DNA of 59,775 nucleotides, the filler included, from Stramenopiles sp. TOSAG23-3 (lineage: Eukaryota), in NCBI GenBank assembly GCA_900128585.1. It is 6 parts of 6 records of this genome, joined end to end, with 100 filler letters (N's around TTAATTAATTAA, not from the genome) between each part and the next. Parts side by side here need not be neighbours in the genome. Positions count along the whole stretch, not along the records: positions 18,005 to 35,886 come from LT642438.1; 5 more parts are not named here. One strand, 5' to 3'. The notes under the pieces are model-generated. The model made no database searches. It saw only the letters and a program-made list of their open reading frames with translations, and was not told where the DNA came from. The position numbers were made by a program, and so were the translations under genes. Below, piece by piece: positions 23,278 to 33,727 of the stretch. The number at the start of each line of letters is the position of its first letter. Position 1 is the first letter of the stretch.

Positions 23278-23856
23278 ACATCCCTGGAACGATTTACAGA
23301 ACCGAACACGAGCACCTTCACATTTGCTCTTTCTAAAAACAAGAAAATTGGCTGTTATAATTAAGCCGCTGCTTGAAAGAGGGTACAAGGATTGATTTAT
23401 CTCTGAGTGAGATATCGGATGAGGCCGTTAATGGACAAATGGAATCAACTCGTTCATTGGAAATTATATCATCCCCTCGGTGATTGACAACCAACAACGA
23501 AAAAACAAAATTTTAGAATCAAGTTAGGATTAGGGTTTGAGGAAGCTAAATTTAATTACTTATAAATAACAGCCAATTTTCTTGTTTTATGTTTGCTCTT
23601 TCTTCTCCTCTTTTTCGGCGTGCATAAATTTGTTTTATCACAACTTATAAGAGAGATAGAGAAGAAGGGGTAATAAAAATTATTTTTTAGCAGTCTTTTT
23701 TATTTCAATCAATTTAATACTTTGGAATTGGCGCGCATAATGTTTCACAAAAAAAGGAACGCGGTTTATACCTTGCTTTTTGATGGTGATGTGTGTGACC
23801 TAGTGACCTGTCCTCTCTCCACCGCTCTCCTCCACCAAACGCACAGTGAATCGGCC

Positions 23857-24918
23857 TCAGCGGTCCTTGCCCTTGATTTTCTGACAGAACTCCTTGTACG
23901 TCGAGCCGCCAGCATCTTGATCGGACTCCATCCCCATGATTTCAAAAACCTGTTCCTCTTTTTTGCCCATTCCGTCAATAAACTGGTCGACCATGTCCAT
24001 GCACTTATTGTTCCTCTCCCTCCATATCGCCTTTACTGCTTTCAACTTTTTGATCGTGTTCTCGCGCAACTTGGGATCAACCACTTCCCCCCCATCTTCC
24101 AATCGGCTGAGTTTCTCTTTCTTTTCGTTCAACAGTGTTTTCGTTTCCTCGTGCTGGGCCTTCAACTCGTCTAACGTTGGCCGACTTCTAAGTTTTCCAA
24201 GCGTGTATTGCTGAGATTTGAGGTTGTCCTTTAGACTTTTCTCTTCGTCTTTAAGTCGCATGATTTCGCCATCAAGCTGCATCATGTCTTCCTTGGAAAT
24301 TGTTTCGTACTGGTCCTGCCTGGACCAATACAACTTGAATTTCCCGTTCATGCGGTGCCCGAGCTTTCCGTCCACGTGCAGCTTCACGAGGAGCTTGTTG
24401 AACGCTGCTTTTCCGATAGGTTTGTGCATGTTATCATGAATTTCTTTGTCTGAGTAGGGCCTATTGGTCTCGTCTAAGTACTGCACGATCGCCTCTCCGC
24501 ACTGTTTTTCCGTCATTTTCTTCTTCGGCGCCGCTTTCTTCTTCGGCGCCGCTTTCTGTGCAGGTGCCGCTCTCCGCTGGGGCTTTGCGTTCTCTTTGCC
24601 TTTTGGGGACGCCTTTGCCTTCTTTGCAGCTGCTTGTTTGGTCGATTTCGCGGGGGGCGACTTTCGCTTCGGGGGTGATTTCTTCGCTGGGGCCTTCTTC
24701 TTCGCGGCTGGTTTCTTGGCCGGGGCTTTCTTTCGTTTCTTCGGTGCCGGCTCAAAGTCTTCATCGTCTGAATCGTCTTCCTCGCTGCTGCTTTCAAAGT
24801 CTGCTGGATCGTAGGTATCCGAATCTTCTTCTTCCGACGAAGATTCAGAAGAGGACTCGCTGCTCTCGCTCTCTTCGTCTTCGATCTTTTCTTTTCCTTC
24901 CGGCGTGCTGGTAGACAT
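23857..24918 (-). CDS. HOP2: Homologous-pairing protein 2 (HOP2/TBPIP) with acidic and Lys/Ala/Pro-rich N-terminal extension
   Basis: Winged helix IVQYLDETNRPYS...GKAA...GKL...GKFKLYWSRQDQ, then a coiled coil and WRERNNKCMDM...MGMESD. Confidence 0.9.
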   Translation of the reverse strand: MSTSTPEGKEKIEDEESESSESSSESSSEEEDSDTYDPADFESSSEEDDSDDEDFEPAPKKRKKAPAKKPAAKKKAPAKKSPPKRKSPPAKSTKQAAAKKAKASPKGKENAKPQRRAAPAQKAAPKKKAAPKKKMTEKQCGEAIVQYLDETNRPYSDKEIHDNMHKPIGKAAFNKLLVKLHVDGKLGHRMNGKFKLYWSRQDQYETISKEDMMQLDGEIMRLKDEEKSLKDNLKSQQYTLGKLRSRPTLDELKAQHEETKTLLNEKKEKLSRLEDGGEVVDPKLRENTIKKLKAVKAIWRERNNKCMDMVDQFIDGMGKKEEQVFEIMGMESDQDAGGSTYKEFCQKIKGKDR

Positions 24919-25257
24919 GTTTTCTTCGGTGTGGTATGTATCTATTGCGTCAAGTTGTGTACTGATGTATTCAGTGGCGAGAATGGCAAGTGTGGATCTC
25001 CTTTATACTGAGATGCGAAATCTAATTATTTTTCCCTCTGCGCGCGTGTGTAAATTCAAATAAAATAAACCCTTTTTGTTTTAAAAGCTCTCTGTCGTAT
25101 GATGATCGTTACTTTAAATCATTTAGTGTCAAAATGTATCATTTCTATCTTCTTCATTTAGTTTTTCTTTTGAAGATTATTGAATTGAATTGAATTGAAT
25201 ACTATAATATATAATAATAATAATATAATAATAAATATAATAATAGAGTATTAATTT

Positions 25258-25477
25258 GAAGAAGAAGAGAAAGAAGAAAGAAGAAGAAGAAGAAGAAGAA
25301 GAATGAGAAAGAAGAAAGAAGAAAGAAGAAAGAAGAAGAAAAAGAAAAAGAAAAGAAGAAAGAAGAAAAAGAAGAAGAAGAGCTTTAATAGTACAGTAGT
25401 ACTAAGGCAAGCAAGAAAAAAAAGAAGAAAAAAAAGAAGAAAAAAAAGAAGAAAAAAAAGAAGAAAAAAAGAAGAAT
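25258..25477. repeat. GAA/GAAA-rich low-complexity repeat
   Basis: (GAA)n, (GAAAGAA)n and (AAAAAAAAGAAG)n tracts. Confidence 0.9.
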
Positions 25478-26099
25478 GGATTTTAATAAAATATCTATTC
25501 CTATGTTATGTAATGTTATTTATATATATCCTATTCACATAACTATTATAACTATAAATAATTGTATTCTAATATTACTTTTATTCAATTGAATCACTTT
25601 TTTTTTTTTTTTGGTTGTTTTTTTTTTCTTCTTCTTTTCCTGCTTTGGTGGCTCTTTCAGTCTTCCTCAGTTTGCCGCGAAATGACATGGACCTCTTATA
25701 ACCCTAATACATAACTCTTATATAAACTAAAAGAAGAGAAGAAGAGAAGAAGGTTCCCGCGCTTCCTCTTACGCTACAAAGTCTCTAGCGTAAGTACCTG
25801 TATAAAGTATTAGTAATATCCTCTTCTATAAAATGCTACCTACCGACCTGTATTTACAGGAAGCGGCCAACTTTTTGTGATCGACGATATCATCGATCCA
25901 TTTTTCTTTCAATGTCAACAATTTTATTAAACTAAAAACTAATTGAGAAAAAAAAAGAAAGAGAGAAAGAAAGAAAGAAAGAAAGAAATAGAGAGAGAGA
26001 AAGAAAGATATATAGAAAGAAAGTGATATCAAAATCTGCGCCTTTGTGTTTATATTATTTCCTTTCTATTAGTCTTGGTTGGTTAGTTTTTTTTTAATT

Positions 26100-28700
26100 A
26101 TGCCGAGGTTTGCTCTTCCTGGCCGTTCATCCTCAAGGCGGGGGACGAAGGGGAGAAGGGTATCGGGTGCGCGACTATCCGTTCGAAACACGGAGACTGA
26201 AGACAAGATTTTGGATGAACCCATAAGCAAGGCAGCGGTGGAACAAGAAGCCGTCGAAGTGGGGGGCGCAGTCTCGGCAAGCAAAACTAGCGAAGGGGAT
26301 ACCGTGCCAAAACTTTTGGAAACGTTTGCGGGGTCACTGGCAAGGTTTGGCGAAAGGTTGCTATGCCCTGTGTGCCGATCGCTGTACAAAAATGCAGCCA
26401 AGCTTCCGTGCAACCACGCCTTCTGTCGCGACTGCATCATGCAGTCCCTCTCCTACAACCAAAAGTGCCCCGAATGCCGGGCCCCGTCGACGAGGCGGAA
26501 CGTTACCGACTTTGAGTGCATGCAGCGAATTGTGCGGTGTTTTCAGACGCTTCACCCGAACTCAAACCACGCGAACCAGGGAAGCAACGGCAGTGGGGCT
26601 GCTGCGGCTGGGTGGTCGCCCTCCGACCTGACCCAACCGGAAACTGCGTCGCAGCTCATGGTGGCGTTCAAAGAAGGCATGGCAGAGTTCTTGGACGAAG
26701 CCGCTCCCGACGGTCCGCAGACCCGACTGCCACACCAATCGGTCGTACTCCAATCGTCCCCTCTCTACTGCAGCCAAGAGGAGGAGGCTCCGTTGCCTGG
26801 GCTGGAAGACCTTGCTGCGAAAACGAGCGAATGTGATGACGGCATGGATCATGCGGAAGCGGAGATCGCCCCCGTGCTCCAACTCTCGGCCAACGCTCCG
26901 TCGCCTTCTATTCCCCAAAGTGCCGTGCCGCAAACGCTGCCGCCGTCCGCCGGGAGCAAAGATGTGCCGGCCTCTCCCCCATCCGAAGACGAACCTAGCG
27001 CCGTTGGGCCAATTAGTCCGTCCGATTGTGCGCCGCCGCCCAGCGGCAACTTGGAAAATGACAAGGACGCCGTCGGCGAGATCAAAGAGCAAATAGAAAT
27101 GGTGGATGTCGCCCCTGCATCTCAAAATGAGACCCCGGAAAAATCCTCGAAGCGCGAGCCGTATGACGGGATTCTGACTGTCGGAAGTTTCGTAGACCTT
27201 GCCGCAGACTGGTCGCCTGGCCGCACGCTCGACGGGGGCCTTGGCATCGTTATGGATATAACCCCAACAAAGATCGATGGGGTCGATGAAGAACTGATCA
27301 CCGTGCGACTGGTCATAAGCAAAACGACTCAAAAGGTGACTCGGTCAAGAATCATGGGGGTGAACATGGACATGTTGACAGAAAACAGTCGGCGCCCCAG
27401 GCGGAGTAGGACCCCAACGAAATATTTTTCGGAGACTGTGTTATCCACGCATTCGTCCAATTATACCAGGAGCAGCAACAGCAAACAACGGTCAAAGATA
27501 GTGTCCAGCAACGATATGCCCGGTCCCAGTGCGTTGCCCAAGCGTACCGAAGAGAGTATTAGGCCGTCCAGTCTGAAGAAGTCGAAGAAGAAATCCCGTC
27601 GAAAAACGGTAAAATTCTCTCTCCCTGCCGACGACAACGATGAAAACGCGCCCTCCAGCTCCTCGAAGAAGCGGAAAAGGGTGCGTGCACACAAAACATT
27701 AAAGCGCAGGAAGACGGAGAGCAATATTAAACGAAAAGAGAACGAAAGCGATCCTGCGGAAGATTTGGAGGAGAAGGAAACGGAATGTCCCAATGCACCA
27801 CCGACGACGGAGCAAAAAGCTGCACGTGCGCCGAAGAAGCGTGCTGCGAAAAAGAAAGTGGGCAAAGCTTCGAAGCCAATCAAATTTACGAACAATCCAA
27901 ACGCTGTCTTGCTCTGCCTGGGTTTCAAGAAGCCCGACTTGGATATGTACAAGTCTTTGGCCCAAGAGTTGGGCGGCAGGGTGAACACGAGCGTGCGGCA
28001 GTGCGATGCCCACAGGCCTACGCACGTTATTGTAAAAACGGCTTCGTCGTGTAAATTAGGGACTGATATACTCCTTGCAGCGTCGCGTACCATGGCGTAC
28101 ATGATTGGCGTGATGCAAGGCGCGTGGATCGTTAGTGGCGGGTGGGCCGAACAGTGCAAAACTGCCAAATATTGGGTAGACCCGGGGCCTTTTGAAGTGC
28201 AAGGTGCGGCGAATATCAAGTCCTTGAAACCGGGAGGGCCAGAGAGAGCAAGGCTAGCCAAGGCCGCGCTCGAACTGATCACAACCCAGAACGCCGAGTA
28301 TAGTGGCCTATTTGATGGGCTCACGTTTTTCATGTGTGGCAATTTAAAGCCGCCAATAAAGTCGCATGAGCTAGAGAGCATGATTCGCCTCGCAGATGGC
28401 AGGGTGTTTGATATCAACCGTATTTTAGAGAAAGCGGAAGATAAAGAGAAGTGTTTTTTGCTCGTGGCTCCCGGGGTCGGGGTCCCAGAGTTTATTGTCG
28501 AAATGGTTTCTGGTAATAAAATCACGATCGTTCATGTGGACTGGGCTCTGGATTCCATATCCAACTATGAATTAATGGACTTTGCCGAGTATTGTTTTGA
28601 ACAAGGCGACGAATCAAAAACACAATATAGTGGTAGGAGTGCACGAAGTGGTGGAAGAGTCGCACGACGACGAAGTTCTCGGCGAGGAGATGTTCGTTAA
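26100..28700 (+). CDS. BRCA1/BARD1-like RING + tandem BRCT protein
   Basis: ATG at 26100. C3HC4 RING CPVC...LPCNHAFCRDC...CPEC; BRCT1 THVIV...RTMAYMIGVMQGAWIVSGGW; GPERAR linker; BRCT2 LFDGLTFF...LESMIRLADG...DWALDSIS. Confidence 0.88.
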   Translation: MPRFALPGRSSSRRGTKGRRVSGARLSVRNTETEDKILDEPISKAAVEQEAVEVGGAVSASKTSEGDTVPKLLETFAGSLARFGERLLCPVCRSLYKNAAKLPCNHAFCRDCIMQSLSYNQKCPECRAPSTRRNVTDFECMQRIVRCFQTLHPNSNHANQGSNGSGAAAAGWSPSDLTQPETASQLMVAFKEGMAEFLDEAAPDGPQTRLPHQSVVLQSSPLYCSQEEEAPLPGLEDLAAKTSECDDGMDHAEAEIAPVLQLSANAPSPSIPQSAVPQTLPPSAGSKDVPASPPSEDEPSAVGPISPSDCAPPPSGNLENDKDAVGEIKEQIEMVDVAPASQNETPEKSSKREPYDGILTVGSFVDLAADWSPGRTLDGGLGIVMDITPTKIDGVDEELITVRLVISKTTQKVTRSRIMGVNMDMLTENSRRPRRSRTPTKYFSETVLSTHSSNYTRSSNSKQRSKIVSSNDMPGPSALPKRTEESIRPSSLKKSKKKSRRKTVKFSLPADDNDENAPSSSSKKRKRVRAHKTLKRRKTESNIKRKENESDPAEDLEEKETECPNAPPTTEQKAARAPKKRAAKKKVGKASKPIKFTNNPNAVLLCLGFKKPDLDMYKSLAQELGGRVNTSVRQCDAHRPTHVIVKTASSCKLGTDILLAASRTMAYMIGVMQGAWIVSGGWAEQCKTAKYWVDPGPFEVQGAANIKSLKPGGPERARLAKAALELITTQNAEYSGLFDGLTFFMCGNLKPPIKSHELESMIRLADGRVFDINRILEKAEDKEKCFLLVAPGVGVPEFIVEMVSGNKITIVHVDWALDSISNYELMDFAEYCFEQGDESKTQYSGRSARSGGRVARRRSSRRGDVR

Positions 28701-28858
28701 ACGCATAGTTCGTACGTACCTTGCTGAACAAAGTTCGAGTACATGTGTGATAATGACATTTACGAAGTACTAAGTACTAAAAGTTAAGATAACGAAATAT
28801 AAAAGTGTAGAGCCATCTTTTCAAAAACTTTTAATTACGAGGGTCTAAAATGTAATTT

Positions 28859-29602
28859 TTAAATTAAATCTACTTTACTCTTTGCAGCCGGTTGATGCCC
28901 GGCACTAGCGCTGTCCTCGACCTCCACGCCGTTTTCGTAGCTTTCTCTGGAATAGTTCCGCTTCATCAATTTGCATCTTATCATACAGTTTGCAAGCTTC
29001 TTCGCTGCCTGGATCCCACACGCCTTTTCGCTTGCCCCATCTTCTACGATCGCCTCGTCGTGTGCCATGTCTTCCAAAGCTTGTTCTGACAGCCGAGTGA
29101 ACACTTGCCCCATAATGACACCAACGATAGCGGCCGCCATAAGCGTGAAGGTACCCGCGCTAAAGCTGACACCGACGCTGAAGCATTCACTGTCCCCACT
29201 TGGAAAGAGCGCGCTAAAGTAATCTTTAAGGTACGGTTCAATAAAACCACACTTTTCCCCAACGATAAACTTGGCAAACTGGTTAATTTCAAGCAACGCC
29301 GCCAGCAAAGATAGAATAAAAACCTCCAAAGCGCCCCAAGCATCCAGGACCTCGGCGGCAAGGAAGAGGTTCCGCTGCATATTCAACCTCATCGGCAGAG
29401 CCCACAGGACCAGAAGCACGATCAAGTGCGCTAATGGAATGGCCAGGCAGAAACTGAGGAATGCCCCCCACAGTATGAACGACGACACGTCATCATGGTA
29501 CACGGCATTGGCCACAGAGATCAAGGAGTAACTTGTCTCTGCCCCATCTCCCAATGCAATCCCTGCTAGGCCGAGAAATTTAAATGAAAACGAGTACACC
29601 CT
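28859..29602 (-). CDS. PqiA-like multi-TM protein, C-terminal part only (5' truncated)
   Basis: SYSLIS...LVLWALPM...AEVLDAWGALEVFILSLLAALLEI matches the PqiA W-x-x-x-D/EVF pattern. An in-frame TAG at 29605-29603 precedes it with no nearby ATG. Confidence 0.7.
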   Translation of the reverse strand, partial: RVYSFSFKFLGLAGIALGDGAETSYSLISVANAVYHDDVSSFILWGAFLSFCLAIPLAHLIVLLVLWALPMRLNMQRNLFLAAEVLDAWGALEVFILSLLAALLEINQFAKFIVGEKCGFIEPYLKDYFSALFPSGDSECFSVGVSFSAGTFTLMAAAIVGVIMGQVFTRLSEQALEDMAHDEAIVEDGASEKACGIQAAKKLANCMIRCKLMKRNYSRESYENGVEVEDSASAGHQPAAKSKVDLI

Positions 29603-30837
29603 CTACGGGCAGCAGTTTCGACAGTAGTGTATCGTTTGCATCGGATAGGAGTAACCCAAATGTCAATCCAAACCACCGTGGGTCGACTGGCGGCAGTCGC
29701 GTTTCAACCGAGCGGCCACCTGCAGCTACGGAAGAGAAACGTAGAGAGACAGTAAAAAACGTGTTGAACGATATGGGCGTTTCTCGAAATAAAGTTGAAA
29801 GTGATGCGCCTCCTGGTGCTAGCCGGGAAAAAAATCAATATTTGCTTTTATCGGCACCTATGAATCAGCGCTTCTTATCAGCCCTGAGCCTGAACGACGA
29901 CGTTTTCAAGAAACTCCCCAGCCGCCGGAAAGAAATAATAGAACTGTTCAAGGCTATCGATAAAGCGAATACTGGTTGGATCACGACTCAAAGTCTGGAA
30001 CAGCACCTCCGATCCCTTGGTTTATCAATAACCCCGTCGGAAGTTTATCGATTAGTAAAAATGTGCGATCTAAACGAAGACAATTATATACAGCCGATTG
30101 ATATGGTAAACGCGTTCCAGAAGCTGCAACCCATGCAGTCCGTAGGCATGTGCATGCCGAGCCATTTGGGTCGCGCGAAGCACATTGCAGACATGATCCT
30201 GTTGTCCGACGGTGTGGGACAAAAAACGTTGCACCGCAACATTGCTGGGTTCACACCGGAAAATCCGGGCGACGTTTTAAACGACATATTTGACTTCAAT
30301 TCTCCGATTCAAAAATCATCTGTCCAGCAGCCAATAAAGCCAAAGCCATATGGCGAATCGCTGATCGTTCCCAACAAACACAGTGATCAGTACGCCGACA
30401 GCACAGAGCGCATGGAAACCATGAACCAAGTGATGGACTGGAACAACCCCTTTGGGACAAAACCGCCCGGAATAGAAGAGACCCATAAACGCGCCCACCA
30501 AAGAAACAGGCGGTTGGATCGGATAAAGAATTACGTCGACGATCAGACCGTAGCCTGCCGTGAAAGGGACGCGAAACGAGACAATTACGAGGAAGGGCGG
30601 ATTAACACAAAAATCAAGCAGCGCGCAAGGTACACTAAAGCCGCTTTGTTTGGTGCAGATCTGTATGATCGTGTAGAAGAGAAGAAGAAAAATAGAATGG
30701 AGAAGATGGGGCGATCCCCTATTCATAAACAAACATTTGCAATCTCCCCTAGGGGCACGGTTCAACCAGTGTATTTTTACCCGGGTACAAACCAGTTTGT
30801 GGAACTGGAGGACGGCTGTAGCACCCCTCGGGGCTAG
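29584..30837 (+). CDS. EF-hand-containing protein (start uncertain, possibly 5' truncated)
   Basis: ELFKAIDKANTGWITTQSL and LVKMCDLNEDNYIQPIDM EF-hand pair, with a helical C-terminal region. Confidence 0.75.
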   Translation: MKTSTPSTGSSFDSSVSFASDRSNPNVNPNHRGSTGGSRVSTERPPAATEEKRRETVKNVLNDMGVSRNKVESDAPPGASREKNQYLLLSAPMNQRFLSALSLNDDVFKKLPSRRKEIIELFKAIDKANTGWITTQSLEQHLRSLGLSITPSEVYRLVKMCDLNEDNYIQPIDMVNAFQKLQPMQSVGMCMPSHLGRAKHIADMILLSDGVGQKTLHRNIAGFTPENPGDVLNDIFDFNSPIQKSSVQQPIKPKPYGESLIVPNKHSDQYADSTERMETMNQVMDWNNPFGTKPPGIEETHKRAHQRNRRLDRIKNYVDDQTVACRERDAKRDNYEEGRINTKIKQRARYTKAALFGADLYDRVEEKKKNRMEKMGRSPIHKQTFAISPRGTVQPVYFYPGTNQFVELEDGCSTPRG

Positions 30838-31021
30838 CGTTCGTGTAACTTACATCAAAATTAAAAAAATTTATCCTTTTCGTATAAAAAAAAAACTAAT
30901 ATATTAAAAACCATGCACATATGTTTGATTGAAAAACTAGACGACTAACAGTAGAAGGATACACTGGACAGGAGAAAGGTATAGTTGGCAATAGTGCACG
31001 ACAGAAAGTATCCTCGCATCC

Positions 31022-33454
31022 TTACTTTTTCGTTGTCTTCTTCTTCTTCTTTATAGGGTCATGAGCTTTCTTTTTTTTTGCTTTATCCTTCCGTTTCTTT
31101 CCTTTCACCGACCCTTTCTTCTTTTTCTTCTTTTTCTTCCTCATTTTCAGCTTTTTCCTCCGAAGAATTTCTTTCTCCCGCTCTATGGCCTCTTGTTCGC
31201 GCTTTTTTTTCAGCGCTAGAGCCTGCCGCTTTGCCTCAAGCTCTGCTTGCACCCGGGCTTTGGCTTCCCTTTCTAATTTTAGCCTCAGCGCTTCCTCTTT
31301 CTCCCTTTCGAGCCGAAGGCGCTCCTGCTCGGCATTGTATATTCTTTCCTCGCGTTGTCGAATGAAATAGTCTATCACCGACGCGGCAGAGTTGTGGCCA
31401 AGCTTTCTCGCAATTTGAACCGCCGATTCCCCAATTATATTTTTGTACATAAAATCTGCGCCAGCGTGCAGCAAGTGCCCGATGACGGTTGCTGAGCCAC
31501 CCATTGCAGCAAACATAAGGGGCGTCGCTCGCCCATACTCTCCGTAATCCCGTGCCTCCAACTCTGCCCCACGACTTAGTAGCGAGCTGACAATGTGCTT
31601 ATTTCCAGACCATCGGCACGCCAAGTGAAGAGGTGACTGACCATACACTGTCCTCGCGTCGATTATACAGTTCTTTCGTTTCATCAAAAATTTTGCAATC
31701 TTTTCATGCCCTTTGTGACACGCAACGTGCAGCAGCGTCCATTTGTTTTCTTCCTTTTCTCGGTTGCATATAGGCCTTGCACGGAACAGCGCTTCAACAA
31801 TTTCGAAATGTCCCCGCTCGCATGCGATGAAAACGGGGGGCGCTTTGTCCGCACCCCGTATGGACGTGTCGGAGTTGTATTTTAGTAGCTTATGGACCAT
31901 TTTTAAGTGTCCTTCACGGCATGCCCGGTGCATTGCGGTCGCCAAATCATTGCTCTGCAAGTTGACATTTGCCCCGAACTTGAGCAAGCATTCTGCAACT
32001 TCCAAGTGGTTGTTGTTTGCTGCCATCATCAGTGCAGTCCAGTCGTATTTATTTTGAGCATCGGCGTTTGGCTCAGCTTCTGGCGACAGTAAAATTTCTA
32101 CAGTTTTGAGGTGCCCGTTGGTTGCAGCCAGCATCAGCGCCGTCGAGGAGCTTGGATCAGGCAGGTGGATATTTGCCCCACCCTTTATCAGGCATTTGAC
32201 TGTTTTCCAGTCGCCATAATGCGATGCCCACTTTATCGGCGTCCAGCGTTCTTTCAAGTCCCTCTCGTCTGGGTTTGCGCCTTGGCTCAACAAAAAGCGT
32301 GCTGCCTCCGATTGTCGCTTGGAGGTAGCCAGTACCAAGGCACTCAGACCAATCGCATTTTTCTCGTTCGGGTCGCACCCGGCCTTGACGAATGCGTCAA
32401 TTATTTTGACACTGCCGATTTCGCACGCATACAAGAACAAAAGCGATTTGCCTGGAACATAAACTTTTTCAAACTTTGCCCCATGCCGGAGAAGGACATT
32501 CACCACCCCAGGCCACTTGTTCTGCACCGCGTACATCAACGGGGTCCACTTGCTTCGTCTACATTTGAGGTCAGGCTTGGCCCCAAACCGTAAAAGAGTT
32601 TCGCAAGCAACGGCGTGACCATTAATAGCTGACAACAACAGCGGGGTGAAGCCCTTCTGATCGAAATCGTCTACCACTGGGGGGGGCAAACGGCCGTATT
32701 CATCCCGCAGCAGCTCTTCGATCACTTCTGGGTACCCGGCTGTCGCCGCATAGTGCAGGCCTGTCATCCCAAACGCGTTTTTTCCCCCTGGGTCCCCACT
32801 ATGCTCCAACAATATTTTTATCACATTATCGTGGCCATGTTTGGAGGCAAAAAGGACGGGGCTTTCGCCCGACCATGGCGCAAAATTGACCGGGGATCCA
32901 CTTTTCAACAGTAGGTGGACCAGCTCTTCGTTACCAGTTTCCGATGCCAATATAAGCGCGGACGTTTTGGCACCACCAAGCGGCGAAGCGGTGGACCCCA
33001 AGTCGACGTTTAGCCCTAACAAATACGCCGCAATGGCAGTGTATTTGCGCTGACAAGCAAGCATGGTTATTGTAAGCCCCTTTTCGTTTTTACTGTTCTT
33101 GTTCATCCCAGTCTCAATGAGAGACATCACTTTCCCCAGGTCTCCTTTCTCGACCGCCGTCACCAGTTTCGAAGACCTCGACGATTCCCCCTTGGCGCGA
33201 AAACCCTTCGAGGTGAGCATTGACTTTCTGTGTACTCCTCTCGCTGGTTTTGGCTGGGGGTAGAATTTCCCATCATTACCAACTGTAACTTTGACTTTTC
33301 CCCATTTTCCCAAGTGTTCGTCGGGGTGATGAAACGGAATGGGCTTCCTTCCCGGGATATTGTACCATGCGTTCGGGCCCCTGCTTACGCTCTGGGACAC
33401 CTCTGGCAAGAATCCAGACTCCTCCGGCGCCCCCCCGATGAGCGCAGACGCCAT
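31022..33454 (-). CDS. Ankyrin-repeat protein with coiled-coil and poly-Lys tail
   Basis: Many G-x-T-P/A-L-x-x-A...G-H ankyrin repeats, followed by an E/R/K-rich helix and a K-rich C-terminus. Confidence 0.93.
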   Translation of the reverse strand: MASALIGGAPEESGFLPEVSQSVSRGPNAWYNIPGRKPIPFHHPDEHLGKWGKVKVTVGNDGKFYPQPKPARGVHRKSMLTSKGFRAKGESSRSSKLVTAVEKGDLGKVMSLIETGMNKNSKNEKGLTITMLACQRKYTAIAAYLLGLNVDLGSTASPLGGAKTSALILASETGNEELVHLLLKSGSPVNFAPWSGESPVLFASKHGHDNVIKILLEHSGDPGGKNAFGMTGLHYAATAGYPEVIEELLRDEYGRLPPPVVDDFDQKGFTPLLLSAINGHAVACETLLRFGAKPDLKCRRSKWTPLMYAVQNKWPGVVNVLLRHGAKFEKVYVPGKSLLFLYACEIGSVKIIDAFVKAGCDPNEKNAIGLSALVLATSKRQSEAARFLLSQGANPDERDLKERWTPIKWASHYGDWKTVKCLIKGGANIHLPDPSSSTALMLAATNGHLKTVEILLSPEAEPNADAQNKYDWTALMMAANNNHLEVAECLLKFGANVNLQSNDLATAMHRACREGHLKMVHKLLKYNSDTSIRGADKAPPVFIACERGHFEIVEALFRARPICNREKEENKWTLLHVACHKGHEKIAKFLMKRKNCIIDARTVYGQSPLHLACRWSGNKHIVSSLLSRGAELEARDYGEYGRATPLMFAAMGGSATVIGHLLHAGADFMYKNIIGESAVQIARKLGHNSAASVIDYFIRQREERIYNAEQERLRLEREKEEALRLKLEREAKARVQAELEAKRQALALKKKREQEAIEREKEILRRKKLKMRKKKKKKKKGSVKGKKRKDKAKKKKAHDPIKKKKKTTKK

Positions 33455-33727
33455 CTCTCCCGTTTCCGAAAATCTAGCACGTACGACACCGACGGAAGCG
33501 TTGCTTCATTTATGCTGCAGTCAAAAACATTTTCTCTGTTTGGACACTCGCCGTTCACTCCCTTGAAGCAAGACGATGGGTTTATGAGAAACTTGAACTC
33601 AACAAACCCAGAAGAAGGCACGATCGACGGAGGAAGGGCGACTTTCTTCTTCTTCTTCTTCTTCGTCGTTTGTAGTACGTGATGATGTTCTGTCCCTGCT
33701 ATTATATAATACAGCAGAGTTCAGCGA

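Noticed and set aside
25303-25542. Poly-Lys/Arg ORF
   Set aside because: It is a translation of a GAA-rich microsatellite.
26562-28525. Minus-strand ORFs of 256 and 354 aa
   Set aside because: They lie antisense to the RING-BRCT gene and have no recognisable motifs.
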